From Trinickia sp. (lineage in GTDB: Bacteria > Pseudomonadota > Gammaproteobacteria > Burkholderiales > Burkholderiaceae): a stretch of DNA of 64,000 nt. Position numbers and translations under genes: made by a program. The first letter of the stretch is position 1. Each line of letters begins with the position of its first letter. The stretch covers positions 77,017 to 141,016 of the forward strand of contig NZ_JBQCIF010000015.1 in NCBI RefSeq assembly GCF_051953955.1, read 5' to 3'. Below, piece after piece: positions 48,149 through 58,832 of the stretch. The notes below the pieces were generated by a model that worked only from the letters and a program-made list of their open reading frames with translations, was not told the origin of the DNA and did no database searches.

Positions 48149-48898
48149 TCACAGCACCTTGGCTTCGGTCTTCAGCTTCTCGACCAGCGTCTGAACGTCC
48201 GGCACCATCACGCCGGCACTGCGCTTCGGCGGCTCGGCTACCTTCAGCGTCTTCAGGCGCGGCGCCACGTCCACGCCGAGGTCCTCGGGCTTGATCGTCT
48301 CCAGCGGCTTCTTCTTCGCCTTCATGATGTTGGGCAGCGTGACGTAGCGGGGCTCGTTCAGGCGCAGGTCCGTCGTCACGACGGCCGGCAGCGTCAACGT
48401 CAGCGTCTCCGCCCCGCCGTCCACTTCGCGCGCAACCGTTGCCTTGCCGTCCGCCACCGTCACCTTCGAGGCGAACGTCGCCTGCGGCAAGCCCGCCAAA
48501 GCCGCCAGCATTTGGCCCGTTTGGTTCGAGTCGTCGTCGATCGCCTGCTTGCCCAGGATCACGAGCTGAGGCTGCTCTTTGTCGACGAGGGCTTTCAGCA
48601 GCTTCGCCACGGCCAGCGGCTGCAGATCTTCATTCGATTCGATCAGGATCGCGCGATCGGCACCGATCGCCAGCGCCGTGCGCAGCGTTTCTTGGCACTG
48701 CGCCACTCCGGCCGACACCGCCACCACTTCCGTGGCCACGCCCGCTTCCCTCAGTCGAACCGCTTCTTCCACCGCGATTTCGTCGAACGGATTCATCGAC
48801 ATCTTCACATTCGCAATGTCGACGCCCGTGCCGTCCGACTTCACCCGGACCTTGACGTTGTAATCGACCACGCGCTTGACAGGCACCAGAATTTTCAT
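48149..48898 (-). CDS. etfB: Electron transfer flavoprotein subunit beta
   Basis: '[49 protein letters not shown]' is the canonical EtfB N-terminus. Confidence 0.95.
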   Translation of the reverse strand: MKILVPVKRVVDYNVKVRVKSDGTGVDIANVKMSMNPFDEIAVEEAVRLREAGVATEVVAVSAGVAQCQETLRTALAIGADRAILIESNEDLQPLAVAKLLKALVDKEQPQLVILGKQAIDDDSNQTGQMLAALAGLPQATFASKVTVADGKATVAREVDGGAETLTLTLPAVVTTDLRLNEPRYVTLPNIMKAKKKPLETIKPEDLGVDVAPRLKTLKVAEPPKRSAGVMVPDVQTLVEKLKTEAKVL

Positions 48899-49352
48899 GC
48901 ACACGCTCCAAAGTTACGAATACGTCAACCCAGCGGCCATTATAGCGACAGCCCGTGCGGCGACCGCACTCACCGACGGTCCGGCAAAGCCCCTATGGGC
49001 AAATTCGCCGACTCCAAATCGGGGCCGGCCCCGCCGGGGCGCGCCCGGACACCGCCGCCGGCCTGATGCTCAGGCCATCAGGTACCTCGGCCTAAACGCT
49101 CTGCCCGCCAGCTACCGGGATTGTTCCACGGACTCAGGCTTCCGAATAACGAACGATCGTTTTATTTTATGAGCAAGCCGCCAGGGCGCCAAGTCCGGGT
49201 TTCGACCTGAACCTCTAACATCCCCGCTCATCGATGGCTCAGCCTGCGCACGCGCCAATCCCCGAACGACCGGACGAGCGGTAAGTTCGATCATGAACAC
49301 GGCAGCGGCGGACTGAGCCCGCGGATGCGACGCGCCTGCGCGCCCGTTCGCC

Positions 49353-49393
49353 GCGATTGCTGCGATTACCGCGATTACCGCGATTACCGCGAT
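49353..49393. repeat. 9-bp tandem repeat (about 4.5 copies of gcgattacc)
   Basis: gcgattgct, gcgattacc, gcgattacc, gcgattacc, gcgat, read directly. It lies between etfB and the hydrolase gene. Confidence 0.8.
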
Positions 49394-49567
49394 GAGAGGA
49401 AATGGGCGACACGCGATTTTATCGCGCCGCACAAATGCCATTTAATAATTAATATGCAATCGTTAATGACTTTTTGAAATTAGAGGAGCCTACCCTTTCG
49501 GATTCGCCGTGAGCCGGCGACCCGCGGTTATGATCGAGCGCAAAACAGGCAAACCAGGGGGAAAGCG

Positions 49568-50482
49568 ATGTCGACCAGGACTGCGCCTCGGGACGGATCT
49601 CGAGACGCTGCGACGAACAACGGCACGACGGCGTCATCCGTGTTCATCGGCGCGGTTCGGGCGGCCGACGGTCTCGAACTGGCGCTCTACCGCTGGCCCT
49701 GCGCCGCGCCCGTGCGTGCGACCGTCGCCCTGCTGCACGGGCTGGCCGAGCACGCGGGCCGCTACGCACCGCTAGCCCAGCGATTAGCGGCCGCGGGCAT
49801 CGAATTGGTCGCGATCGATTTGCGCGGCCATGGGCGGTCGCCGGGCGAGCGCGCCTGGGTCGCCCGCTTCGAGGCGTATCTGGATGATGCGCGCGCACTG
49901 CTCGAAGCTGCGTCGCGTCCCGGTACACCGCTGTTCCTGATGGGCCACAGCATGGGCGGCACGATCGCGGCGCTGTTCGCGATCGAACGGCTCGATGCAT
50001 TCGTGAGCGACGGCTACCCCGTGGCGGGCCTCGTCCTCTCGAGCCCCGCCCTCGCGCCCGGCCAGGACGTCCCGCGCTGGATGCTGGCGGCCAGCCGCAT
50101 CGTCAGCCGCATATGGCCGCGCTATCCAGCGATGAAAATCGAGCCCGCGCTACTTTCGCGCGATGCACTCGTCGTCGAAGCCAACCGCAACGATCCGCTC
50201 GTTCATCATGCCGCCGTTCCCGCACGCACCGGTGCTGAAATCCTCGCCGCGATGGGCCGCATCGAACGAGGCCGCGGCGCGCTGCGCTTGCCGGTGCTCG
50301 TCTATCACGGCACGGCCGACAAACTGACCGAGCCCGAGGGCAGCCGAGCGTTCGTCGCACACGTGGGCTCACCCGATCGCACGCTGGCGCTCTACGACGG
50401 GGCCTACCACGAGACGATGAACGACCTCGAGCGCGACTGCGTCATCGAAGCGTTGATGCAATGGATACTGGCCCACGCATGA
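49568..50482 (+). CDS. Alpha/beta hydrolase (lysophospholipase / monoacylglycerol-lipase-like)
   Basis: 'VALLHGLAEHAGRY…' and the nucleophile elbow 'LMGHSMGG'. 304 aa. Confidence 0.8.
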   Translation: MSTRTAPRDGSRDAATNNGTTASSVFIGAVRAADGLELALYRWPCAAPVRATVALLHGLAEHAGRYAPLAQRLAAAGIELVAIDLRGHGRSPGERAWVARFEAYLDDARALLEAASRPGTPLFLMGHSMGGTIAALFAIERLDAFVSDGYPVAGLVLSSPALAPGQDVPRWMLAASRIVSRIWPRYPAMKIEPALLSRDALVVEANRNDPLVHHAAVPARTGAEILAAMGRIERGRGALRLPVLVYHGTADKLTEPEGSRAFVAHVGSPDRTLALYDGAYHETMNDLERDCVIEALMQWILAHA

Positions 50483-50518
50483 CGGCAGTTGCGGCGTCAC
50501 ACTCGATCGCCGCACCGC

Positions 50519-51349
50519 TTACGCGTTCCAGTTCGGCTTACGCTTTTCGATGAACGCTTGCATGCCTTCCTGTGCAACCGGATCGGCCGCATTGCACGCG
50601 ATCGTCTGCCCGGCCATCTGATAGGCCGCCTCGATGCCGGCTTCCAACTGACGGTAGAACAGCGATTTGCCCATGCGGACCGCGGCGGCCGGCTTGTCGC
50701 AGATGCGCTTGGCCAGGGCCGCAACGTCGGCGTCGAGCGCATCGAGCGGCGTCATGTGGTTGATGAGGCCTAACTCGCGCGCCTTCGCCGCGTCGATGAA
50801 GTCGCCGGTCATGAGCATCTCGAACGCCGCCTTGCGAGGGATGTTGCGCGAAAGCGGCACGGCCGGCGTGGCGCAGAACAGGCCGTAGTGAATGCCCGAG
50901 GTGGCGAACCTGGCCGTATCAGCGGCGACGGCCAAATCGCACATTGCGACGAGTTGGCAACCGGCAGCCGTCGCGATGCCCTGCACGCGCGCGATGACGG
51001 GCTGCGGCATTCGCTGAATCGTCATCATCATTGCCGAGCAACGCGCGAACAGCGACTGATAGAACTCGAGCGACGGCGTCGCACGCAGCTCTTTCAAATC
51101 GTGTCCGGCGCAGTAGGCGCGACCTTCGGCGGCGAGCACGACGACGCGCTCGTCGGACGCGGCGATCGCCGACAGCGTCGCCTGCAGTTCGCCGATCGTC
51201 TGCGCCGACAACGCGTTGAAAGCATCGGGACGGTTGAGCGTGACGCGCACGACCCCTGGCAGCCCGAACGCGGCGTGCTCGACGAGCAGCGTCTCGGAAG
51301 ACGGTATCGCTGAAGCTGAAGCAGAGGGAGACGACGTAGTGCGATCCAT
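50519..51349 (-). CDS. Enoyl-CoA hydratase/isomerase family protein
   Basis: Crotonase-fold motifs '…RAYCAGHDLKEL…' and 'VIARVQGIATAAGCQLVAMCDLAVA'. Confidence 0.85.
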   Translation of the reverse strand: MDRTTSSPSASASAIPSSETLLVEHAAFGLPGVVRVTLNRPDAFNALSAQTIGELQATLSAIAASDERVVVLAAEGRAYCAGHDLKELRATPSLEFYQSLFARCSAMMMTIQRMPQPVIARVQGIATAAGCQLVAMCDLAVAADTARFATSGIHYGLFCATPAVPLSRNIPRKAAFEMLMTGDFIDAAKARELGLINHMTPLDALDADVAALAKRICDKPAAAVRMGKSLFYRQLEAGIEAAYQMAGQTIACNAADPVAQEGMQAFIEKRKPNWNA

Positions 51350-51466
51350 GATGAGCTGACTCCTAGATGCGACCGATGGCGGCCGGCCGTCTACCGCACC
51401 GGCTGTTTCGGCCTCGGTTGATGCCCGATGCGCTTTGCCGCAGGCGAATGGCCCTCGGAATGGTCA

Positions 51467-52396
51467 TCAAATAGCGGCCAATGCGCGCACGTGCGCGACG
51501 ACGCTGCGCCCGAGCGCGGACAAGTTGTAGCCGCCCTCGAGACAACTCACGATGCGTCCGCGCGCGTGGCGCTCGGCGATACGGCGAATTTGCTCGGTAA
51601 TCCACGCGTAGTCGTTCTCGACGAGCGCCATATTGCCGAGGTCGTCTTCGCGATGGGCGTCGAAGCCCGCCGAAATGAAGATCATCTCGGGCTTGAACGC
51701 CTCGAGCCGCGGCAACCAGACGAGGTCGATCGCCTCGCGCACGGAAGCGCCCGGCGTGCGCGCCGGCATGGGGAGATTGACCATGTTCGACGCCTGATTG
51801 TCGGCCCCGCTGAACGGATAGAACGGATGCTGAAAAAAGCTGCACATCAGCACGCGCTCGTCGCCGGCGAACGCGGCTTCGGTCCCGTTGCCGTGGTGCA
51901 CGTCGAAATCGACGATGGCCACGCGGGCAAGGCCGCGCACTTCGAGCGCATGGCGGGCGGCGATTGCCACGTTGTTGAAGAAGCAAAAGCCCATCGCACG
52001 CGCGGGCTCCGCATGATGGCCCGGTGGACGCACGCTGCAAAACGCGTTGTCGTAACGGGCGTCGATCACAGCGTCGGTCGCCGCCACCGCGGCGCCGGCC
52101 GCTCGCAGCGCCGCTTGCCACGTATGCGGATTCATCGCGGTATCCGGATCGATCCACGCGTGGCCTTCGCTTGGGGCGCTACGCTCGATGAACTCGATGT
52201 GCGCCCGCGTATGCACGCGAGCGAGGTCGGCGATCTCGGCCAGCGGCGCGCTTTCACGCTCGATCAACTCCGCGATCCGGCTCGCGATCAATTGATCCTC
52301 GATCGCGGAAAGACGCTCCGGGCATTCGGGATGCCCCTGCCCCATCTCGTGCAGCAAGCAATCCGGGTGTGAGTAGAAAGCGGTCGCCATGATCAT
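51467..52396 (-). CDS. Histone-deacetylase-family (acetoin utilisation / acetylpolyamine amidohydrolase-like) protein
   Basis: 'RPPGHHAE…' and 'VAIVDFDVHHGNGTE' are the HDAC zinc-site signatures. The start could be ATG 52396 or 52390, or the track's 52417. Confidence 0.85.
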   Translation of the reverse strand: MIMATAFYSHPDCLLHEMGQGHPECPERLSAIEDQLIASRIAELIERESAPLAEIADLARVHTRAHIEFIERSAPSEGHAWIDPDTAMNPHTWQAALRAAGAAVAATDAVIDARYDNAFCSVRPPGHHAEPARAMGFCFFNNVAIAARHALEVRGLARVAIVDFDVHHGNGTEAAFAGDERVLMCSFFQHPFYPFSGADNQASNMVNLPMPARTPGASVREAIDLVWLPRLEAFKPEMIFISAGFDAHREDDLGNMALVENDYAWITEQIRRIAERHARGRIVSCLEGGYNLSALGRSVVAHVRALAAI

Positions 52397-52641
52397 TCTT
52401 CGCCGCGGGCGCGGCATGTCTCCTGAGTTGCTTTGTCCGCGAGCGGCTGGGCTCGCGATCAGCTTACGTTACCACAGGCGGGCGGCCGCGCTTCGCCGGG
52501 CTGCGGCACGAACAGGCACCGTCGTTTCCGCCCGCCGGACGTCGGCAGTCGACTGCACGCAGTGGGCCGATTCGGTCGGAGAAGGTTCCGCCGCTCACGG
52601 CCGTTCGTTATACTGCGCCGAACCCTTGCCTTTGCCCTCAT

Positions 52642-53943
52642 ATGACCGGTCACCACGCTTCACCCGCAACACGCGCGCGGCGCCTCGCCGTGCTCCTCGC
52701 CATGGCGCTCGGCGCCACCGTCTCCTGGCACGATGCCTGCGCTCAGGGCGCCGCACGGCCGGCGCAGGCCAAGCGCTCCGCCCGCCTCGCGCAGAACCAG
52801 CCCCCGCAGGGGGCGCAATCGAACGCCACGTTCGAAGAAGAAATCATCCCTCAGCGCTACGCCGACAACGCCGACGTCAACGCGTTCATCGACGACATGG
52901 TCGCTCGCTACGACTTCGACGCGACGGCACTGCATGCGCTCTTCGCCGGCGTGAACTACTCGGCTACGGCGGTCAAGCTCGTCACGCCGGCGCCGAAGCC
53001 GTTCGTCAAGAACTGGCGCGTCTACCAGGCGCGCTTTCTCGACGCGGTGCGCATCAATGCGGGCGTGAAATTCTGGCGCGAAAATCGCGCGACGCTGCAG
53101 CGCGCCTACGAGCAGTATGGCGTGCCGCCCGAAGTCATCATCGGCATCATCGGCGTGGAGACGATGTACGGCCGCTACATGGGCAACTTCCGCGTGCTCG
53201 ACGTGTTGACGACGCTTGCGTTCGACTACCCGAATACGCCGAATCGCGCCGAGCGCGAAATGACGTTCCGAAAGAATCTCGAAGACTATCTCGTCTGGAC
53301 GCGCGACGCTCAGATCGATCCCACGACGGTGTCCGGATCGTACACGGGTGCCATCGGCATTCCGCAGTTCCTGCCGAGCAGCATCGTCAAGTATGCGGTC
53401 GACTACGAAGGCAATCGGCATATCGATCTGCGTGCCAGCCCGGCCGATGCGATCGGCAGCGTGGCCAATTACCTCGCGCAGAACGGTTGGGAGAACGGGC
53501 GTCCCGTGGTGTGGCGCATCGGGCAAGACGCCGGCAGTCTCGGCATCGCTCAGGCCGCGGCCGACGGGCAGCCCGAGCCGCACTGGCCGCTCGCGCAACT
53601 GCTGCGCGCGGGGATGGTGCTCGACGAGCCGAAACTCGATCTCGCATCGGAAGACAGCACGCCCGTTACCGTGATCGACTTGCCGACGCCCGGCCAGCCG
53701 ACTCAATACATGCTGGGGCTGCAAAATTTCTACGTGCTGACGCGCTACAACCGGAGCTTCTTCTACGCGCTCGCCGTCTATGAACTGGGCCAGCGCGTGA
53801 AGGCGCGCATCGAAGAAGAAGGCGGCGTGCAAACACCGGCCCCAGCGCCGGCACCCACACCGGGGCAGGCCGCACCGGCCGCGCCAGCCGTATCAGCACC
53901 AGCCGCGCCTGCGCCGCTGCAGCCACAGCAGCAACCGCACTAG
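52642..53943 (+). CDS. mltB: Lytic murein transglycosylase B-like
   Basis: Signal peptide (LAVLLAMALGATVSWHDACAQ). 'GIIGVETMYGRYMG…', 'GAIGIPQFLPSS' and 'YNRSFFYALAVYEL' match the MltB/Slt35 family. The C-terminal tail is Pro/Ala-rich. Confidence 0.85.
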   Translation: MTGHHASPATRARRLAVLLAMALGATVSWHDACAQGAARPAQAKRSARLAQNQPPQGAQSNATFEEEIIPQRYADNADVNAFIDDMVARYDFDATALHALFAGVNYSATAVKLVTPAPKPFVKNWRVYQARFLDAVRINAGVKFWRENRATLQRAYEQYGVPPEVIIGIIGVETMYGRYMGNFRVLDVLTTLAFDYPNTPNRAEREMTFRKNLEDYLVWTRDAQIDPTTVSGSYTGAIGIPQFLPSSIVKYAVDYEGNRHIDLRASPADAIGSVANYLAQNGWENGRPVVWRIGQDAGSLGIAQAAADGQPEPHWPLAQLLRAGMVLDEPKLDLASEDSTPVTVIDLPTPGQPTQYMLGLQNFYVLTRYNRSFFYALAVYELGQRVKARIEEEGGVQTPAPAPAPTPGQAAPAAPAVSAPAAPAPLQPQQQPH

Positions 53944-53960
53944 CACCGCGGCTTCAGCGC

Positions 53961-53997
53961 GCGATCCCTGCCCAACGCGACGATGGGCAGGGATCGC
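53961..53997. terminator. Hairpin between convergent mltB and cysM (possible bidirectional terminator)
   Basis: Perfect 13-bp stem gcgatccctgccc (53961-73) / gggcagggatcgc (53985-97). Confidence 0.5.
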
Positions 53998-54002
53998 TTG
54001 CG

Positions 54003-54905
54003 TCAAGCGGGAAAGACGCCCGACGACAGATAACGATCGCCGCGGTCGCAGACGATGAATACGATGGTAGCGTTCTCGACTTGATGTGCGACGCGCAATG
54101 CAACCTCGCACGCGCCGCCCGATGAAATGCCGCAAAAGATCCCTTCGACGGAGGCCAACCGGCGAGCGGCCGCCTCGGCCGCGGCTTGCGAGACGTTCTC
54201 CGTGCGATCAACGCGCGTGCGATCGAAGATCTTCGGCAGGTAGGCCTCGGGCCACTTGCGGATGCCGGGAATGCGCGAACCATCTTCGGGCTGCGCGCCG
54301 ATGATTTCGACGGCCGGGTTCTGCTCCTTCAGATACTGCGACGTTCCCATGATCGTGCCGGTCGTGCCCATCGACGAGACGAAATGCGTGATGCGCCCTT
54401 CCGTATCGCGCCAGATTTCCGGGCCGGTGCCTTCGTAATGTGCGACCGGGTTGTCCGGATTCGCGAATTGATCGAGGATGATGCCCCGGCCGTCGCGTTG
54501 CATTTGCTCGGCGAGATCGCGCGCGTATTCCATGCCGCCTTTCACGGGCGTAAGCACGATTTCGGCGCCGTAAGCGGCCATGCTTTGCCGCCGCTCGACG
54601 GTCAGATCCTCGGGCATGAGCAAGACCATCTTGTAGCCGCGGATGGCCGCCGCCATCGCTAGCGCAATGCCGGTATTGCCGCTCGTCGCTTCGATGAGCG
54701 TATCGCCCGGCTTGATGCGCCCGCGCGCCTCGGCCTTTTTGATCATCGACAAGGCCGGGCGGTCCTTCACCGAGCCCGCGGGGTTGTTGCCCTCCAGCTT
54801 GGCGAGCACGACGTTGTTCCGGCTGCGGATCTCGTCGTCGATCAAACGGACGAGTTGAACGAGCGGCGTGTTGCCGATCGTATCTTCAATGGTTTTGTAA
54901 GGCAT
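54003..54905 (-). CDS. cysM: Cysteine synthase B
   Basis: 'NPAGSVKDRPALSMI' contains the PLP-lysine motif. Full-length CysM/CysK-like, 300 aa. Confidence 0.9.
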   Translation of the reverse strand: MPYKTIEDTIGNTPLVQLVRLIDDEIRSRNNVVLAKLEGNNPAGSVKDRPALSMIKKAEARGRIKPGDTLIEATSGNTGIALAMAAAIRGYKMVLLMPEDLTVERRQSMAAYGAEIVLTPVKGGMEYARDLAEQMQRDGRGIILDQFANPDNPVAHYEGTGPEIWRDTEGRITHFVSSMGTTGTIMGTSQYLKEQNPAVEIIGAQPEDGSRIPGIRKWPEAYLPKIFDRTRVDRTENVSQAAAEAAARRLASVEGIFCGISSGGACEVALRVAHQVENATIVFIVCDRGDRYLSSGVFPA

Positions 54906-54926
54906 GGGCGTGTGCGCGATGCGCCG

Positions 54927-55304
54927 TTATCTTGAGCAAGGAGAAGAATCCGCCCGATTGTAAAGCACCGGGCAATCGGCCGCTGTGTAGGGTCTTTCCG
55001 CGAATTGCGCGCCCCTCACGGCGCCGCCGACGATGAGCCCCTCGGCCCGTAGCCGCTCGACCGCCTGGCCCCCGAGGCCTTTGACGCGCCGGCCAAGATC
55101 GCCGGCATCCTTGAATGGGCCGCCCGCGCCACGCTCGTCGACGATCGCACGAGCCTTGGCCGGGCCGATGCCTTTGACCGCACGCAACGCAGCTTCGTCG
55201 GCCGTATTCACGTCGACGCCGAATTGCGCGGCCTGCGCCACGATAGCGGGACACGCGGCCGCCATTGCCGCCGCGAACAAAAGAAAGAAGAAGCGCTTGA
55301 GCAT
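54927..55304 (-). CDS. comEA: ComEA-family helix-hairpin-helix DNA-binding protein
   Basis: Signal peptide (FFLLFAAAMAAACPAIVAQA) plus the HhH region 'VNTADEAALRAVKGIGPAKARAIVDER'. Confidence 0.75.
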   Translation of the reverse strand: MLKRFFFLLFAAAMAAACPAIVAQAAQFGVDVNTADEAALRAVKGIGPAKARAIVDERGAGGPFKDAGDLGRRVKGLGGQAVERLRAEGLIVGGAVRGAQFAERPYTAADCPVLYNRADSSPCSR

Positions 55305-55376
55305 GTGGCCTCCGAAAAGAACCGGCCGGCGAGCGCCGACCGTGAGGCCTTCAGTGTAGGAACGACGCGCGGCTCG

Positions 55377-56369
55377 TTACAGTTGGCCGGACAGCCAACG
55401 CACGTATCGATCGACGCCCTCTTGCACCGTCAGGAACGGCGCGTCGTAGCCGGCCGCGCGCAGGCGCGCCGGGTCGGCTTGCGTGAAGCATTGATACTTG
55501 CCGCGCAGCGCGTCGGGAAACGGAACGTATTCGATGAGCCCACGCTGAACCATCTCCGCGAGCGAGAGGGCCGGCTGATTCTCCAAGGCACGCAGCGTGT
55601 TGACGACCGAGGTGGCGATATCGTTGAACGGTTGCGCGCGGCCGGTCCCCAAATTGAAAATGCCCGACTTTTCCGGATGATCGAAGAAGAACAGATTCAC
55701 CTTCGCGACATCCTCGACCGAGACGAAATCGCGCGTTTGCTCGCCGGCCGCATAGCCGTTGTACTCGCCGAACAGCTTAACCTTGCCCTCGGCGCGAAAC
55801 TGATTGAAGTTGTGGAATGCGACCGACGCCATGCGGCCTTTATGGGCCTCGCGGGGCCCATAAACGTTGAAATAACGAAAGCCCGCGATCTGGCTTTTTG
55901 CGCTCGGCAAAACGCGGCGAACGATCTGATCGAACAAGAACTTCGAATAGCCGTAGACGTTCAGCGGCGCCTCGACCTCGCGCTCTTCCACGAAACGGGT
56001 GGAGCCGCCGTAGATCGCCGCCGATGACGCATAAAGAAACTGCGCGCCTTGCGCCAGGCACGCGTCGAGCACGGCGCGGCTATAGCGGAAGTTGTTCTCC
56101 ATCATGTAGCGGCCGTCCGTCTCCATCGTGTCCGAGCAGGCGCCCTCGTGAAACACGGCACGCACCTTGCCGAACTCGCCGCGAGCGAAGCGTTCGACGA
56201 ACTCCGTCTTGTCGAGGTAATCGTCGATCTCGCAATCGACGAGGTTCTTGAACTTGTCGGCGCGCGTGAGGTTGTCGACGGCGATGATGCGCGTTTCGCC
56301 GCGCGCGTTCAGCGCTTTGACGATATTTGCGCCGATGAAGCCGGCGGCTCCGGTGACGATGAGAGTCAT
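55377..56369 (-). CDS. hldD: ADP-L-glycero-D-manno-heptose 6-epimerase
   Basis: '[24 protein letters not shown]' Rossmann motif and full-length similarity to RfaD/HldD. The start overlaps the hldA stop (ATGA). Confidence 0.95.
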   Translation of the reverse strand: MTLIVTGAAGFIGANIVKALNARGETRIIAVDNLTRADKFKNLVDCEIDDYLDKTEFVERFARGEFGKVRAVFHEGACSDTMETDGRYMMENNFRYSRAVLDACLAQGAQFLYASSAAIYGGSTRFVEEREVEAPLNVYGYSKFLFDQIVRRVLPSAKSQIAGFRYFNVYGPREAHKGRMASVAFHNFNQFRAEGKVKLFGEYNGYAAGEQTRDFVSVEDVAKVNLFFFDHPEKSGIFNLGTGRAQPFNDIATSVVNTLRALENQPALSLAEMVQRGLIEYVPFPDALRGKYQCFTQADPARLRAAGYDAPFLTVQEGVDRYVRWLSGQL

Positions 56370-57415
56370 GGTCGTGATGAGGATGGTTCGATAAAAAGCT
56401 CGTCATAATCGACGGTGGCCGTGCCGAGCTTGCCGACGACGATGCCCGCGGCGCGATTGGCCGCCGCAACGGCATCCACGAGTGGCTGCTTCGCGGCGAG
56501 CATGACGGCCAATGTGGCGATGACCGTGTCGCCGGCGCCCGACACGTCGTAGACTTCGCGCGCGACCGCCGGCGCGTTCAGCGATTCGCCGTCGGCCGTG
56601 AATAGCGTCATGCCCTCTTCGGAACGCGTCAGCAGCAGCGCATCGATTTCGAGCGAGGCACGCAGCGCCTGGACGCGCGCGCGCAAGTCGTCTTCCGACT
56701 TCCACTGCCCCACCACCTCGCGCAGCTCCGCGCGGTTCGGCGTAATCAGCGTGGCGCCGCGATAGCGCTCCCAATCGTCGCCCTTCGGATCGACGAGCAC
56801 GGGCTTGCCGGCCGCGCGCGCTTTGGCGATCATCTGCGTCACATGCGTGAGACCGCCCTTCGCATAATCGGACATCAGAATCACGTCGTGCGACGCGAGC
56901 AGCGAATCGAAGCGCGCCAACCCCGCCAGCAACGCTTCGTGCGCCGGCGTGTTTTCGAAATCGACGCGCAGCAGCTGCTGCTGACGCGAGAGCACGCGTA
57001 GCTTGATCGTCGTCGACAGCTCGGGATCGCGCTCCAGATGGGTCGCGACGCCGCTGTCCTTGAGCAGTTCGACGATGCGCTCGCCGGGCTCGTCGCGCCC
57101 GACGACGCACAGCAGCCCCGCGCTCGCGCCCAGCGCCGCCGCATTGCGCGCGACGTTCGCGGCGCCGCCGAGGCGATCCTCTTGCCGCTGGACGTGCACG
57201 ACGGGCACGGGCGCTTCGGGCGAGATGCGATTGACGTCGCCGAACCAATAGCGATCGAGCATGACGTCGCCGACGATCAGCACGCGCGCCTGCCCGAGCC
57301 GCTCGCGCGGCACGTTCGCGACTTCGGCCGGGACTGCCACGGCAGCGCGCGCTTGCGACACCGGCTCCGTCACCTGGTCAGGCGCGCGCAGCGGTTGCGG
57401 TATCGAGTTGGACAT
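56366..57415 (-). CDS. hldA: D-glycero-beta-D-manno-heptose-7-phosphate kinase (monofunctional RfaE domain I)
   Basis: Ribokinase-like: '[15 protein letters not shown]…[11 protein letters not shown]…' and '[14 protein letters not shown]'. The start is uncertain: ATG 57415 overlaps the ugd 3' end, while GTG 57373 lies 4 nt after the ugd stop. Confidence 0.8.
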   Translation of the reverse strand: MSNSIPQPLRAPDQVTEPVSQARAAVAVPAEVANVPRERLGQARVLIVGDVMLDRYWFGDVNRISPEAPVPVVHVQRQEDRLGGAANVARNAAALGASAGLLCVVGRDEPGERIVELLKDSGVATHLERDPELSTTIKLRVLSRQQQLLRVDFENTPAHEALLAGLARFDSLLASHDVILMSDYAKGGLTHVTQMIAKARAAGKPVLVDPKGDDWERYRGATLITPNRAELREVVGQWKSEDDLRARVQALRASLEIDALLLTRSEEGMTLFTADGESLNAPAVAREVYDVSGAGDTVIATLAVMLAAKQPLVDAVAAANRAAGIVVGKLGTATVDYDELFIEPSSSRP

Positions 57416-58784
57416 AGGGACGTCCGATTGCATAGTAGTCGATGCCCAATTCGGCCATCGCCTGCGGTTCGTAGAGATTGCGCCCGTCGAAAATCAACGG
57501 CGCCTTCAGCACCGACTTCAAGTGGACGAAGTCGGGGCTCTTGAATTCCTTCCATTCGGTGACGATCACGAGCGCATCCGCGCCGGCAAGCGTCTCCTCT
57601 TGCGTCGCCACGAACGCCAGGCGCGCGAGCGCATCGGGCGCATCGGCTAGATCGAGCGCGAAGACGCGGCGCGCTTCCTCGATCGCCACCGGATCGTAAG
57701 CGCGCACGCGTGCGCCGCGCGCGAGCAGCGCGGCGATCAAGCGCCGGCTCGGCGCCTCGCGCATGTCGTCGGTATTCGGCTTGAACGCAAGCCCCCATAC
57801 CGCGAAAGTGCGGCCGGTCAAGTCCTCGCCGAGGCGCGCCACGATCTTGTCGACGAGCACTTCCTTTTGGTCGTGATTGACCGCCTCGACCGCTTCGAGA
57901 ATGCGCAGACGATGACCGTTCTCGCCGGCCGTGCGCACGAGCGCTTGGACGTCCTTCGGGAAGCACGAACCGCCGTAGCCGACACCCGCATACAGGAAGT
58001 GATAGCCGATGCGCGGATCGGAGCCGATGCCGCGGCGCACTTGCTCGATGTCGGCACCGACGCGGTCGGCCAGGTTCGACATTTCGTTCATGAATGAAAT
58101 GCGCGTGGCGAGCATCGCATTGGCCGCGTACTTCGTGAACTCGGCCGAGCGCACGTCCATGTAAAGCGTGCGTTCGTGATTGCGATTGAACGGCGCGTAC
58201 AGGCGCTTCATCTTCTCGCGTGCGACGAGGCCCGCTTCGTCGTCGTCGATGCCGATCACGATGCGGTCGGGCCGCATGAAATCGTCGACGGCCGCGCCTT
58301 CCTTCAAGAACTCGGGATTCGAAACGACCGAAAACCGATGAACTGCGCTTGCGCCGAGCCCGCGACCGTCGAGCTCGGCGGCGATGACGGCACGCACGCG
58401 CTCGGCGGTGCCGACCGGTACCGTCGATTTGTCGACGACGACCTTGAAGCCATTCGAATAGCGCCCGATGTTGCGCGCGGCTTCGAGCACGTATTGCAGA
58501 TCGGCCGAGCCGTCCTCGTCGGGCGGCGTGCCGACGGCGATGAATTGCACGTCGCCGTGCTCGACGCTCGCCTTCACGTCGGTCGAGAACGTGATGCGGC
58601 CATGCGCGCGCGTGCGTGCGATGATCTCCTGCAGACCGGGCTCGTGAATCGGCACGCCGCCGCTGTTCAATATATCGATCTTGCGCGGATCGACGTCGAG
58701 ACAGAAAACGTCATTGCCGATTTCGGCCAGACAAGCGCCTGTCACGAGACCGACGTAGCCGGTGCCGATGATGGTGATTTTCAT
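57378..58784 (-). CDS. ugd: UDP-glucose 6-dehydrogenase
   Basis: '[32 protein letters not shown]' and 'GGSCFPKD' catalytic-Cys motif. ATG at 58784. Confidence 0.95.
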   Translation of the reverse strand: MKITIIGTGYVGLVTGACLAEIGNDVFCLDVDPRKIDILNSGGVPIHEPGLQEIIARTRAHGRITFSTDVKASVEHGDVQFIAVGTPPDEDGSADLQYVLEAARNIGRYSNGFKVVVDKSTVPVGTAERVRAVIAAELDGRGLGASAVHRFSVVSNPEFLKEGAAVDDFMRPDRIVIGIDDDEAGLVAREKMKRLYAPFNRNHERTLYMDVRSAEFTKYAANAMLATRISFMNEMSNLADRVGADIEQVRRGIGSDPRIGYHFLYAGVGYGGSCFPKDVQALVRTAGENGHRLRILEAVEAVNHDQKEVLVDKIVARLGEDLTGRTFAVWGLAFKPNTDDMREAPSRRLIAALLARGARVRAYDPVAIEEARRVFALDLADAPDALARLAFVATQEETLAGADALVIVTEWKEFKSPDFVHLKSVLKAPLIFDGRNLYEPQAMAELGIDYYAIGRPYVQLDTATAARA

Positions 58785-58832
58785 ACGCGTTCCACAGTTT
58801 TGTGCCGGCAGCAAAAACACCGGCGCTCAGCA

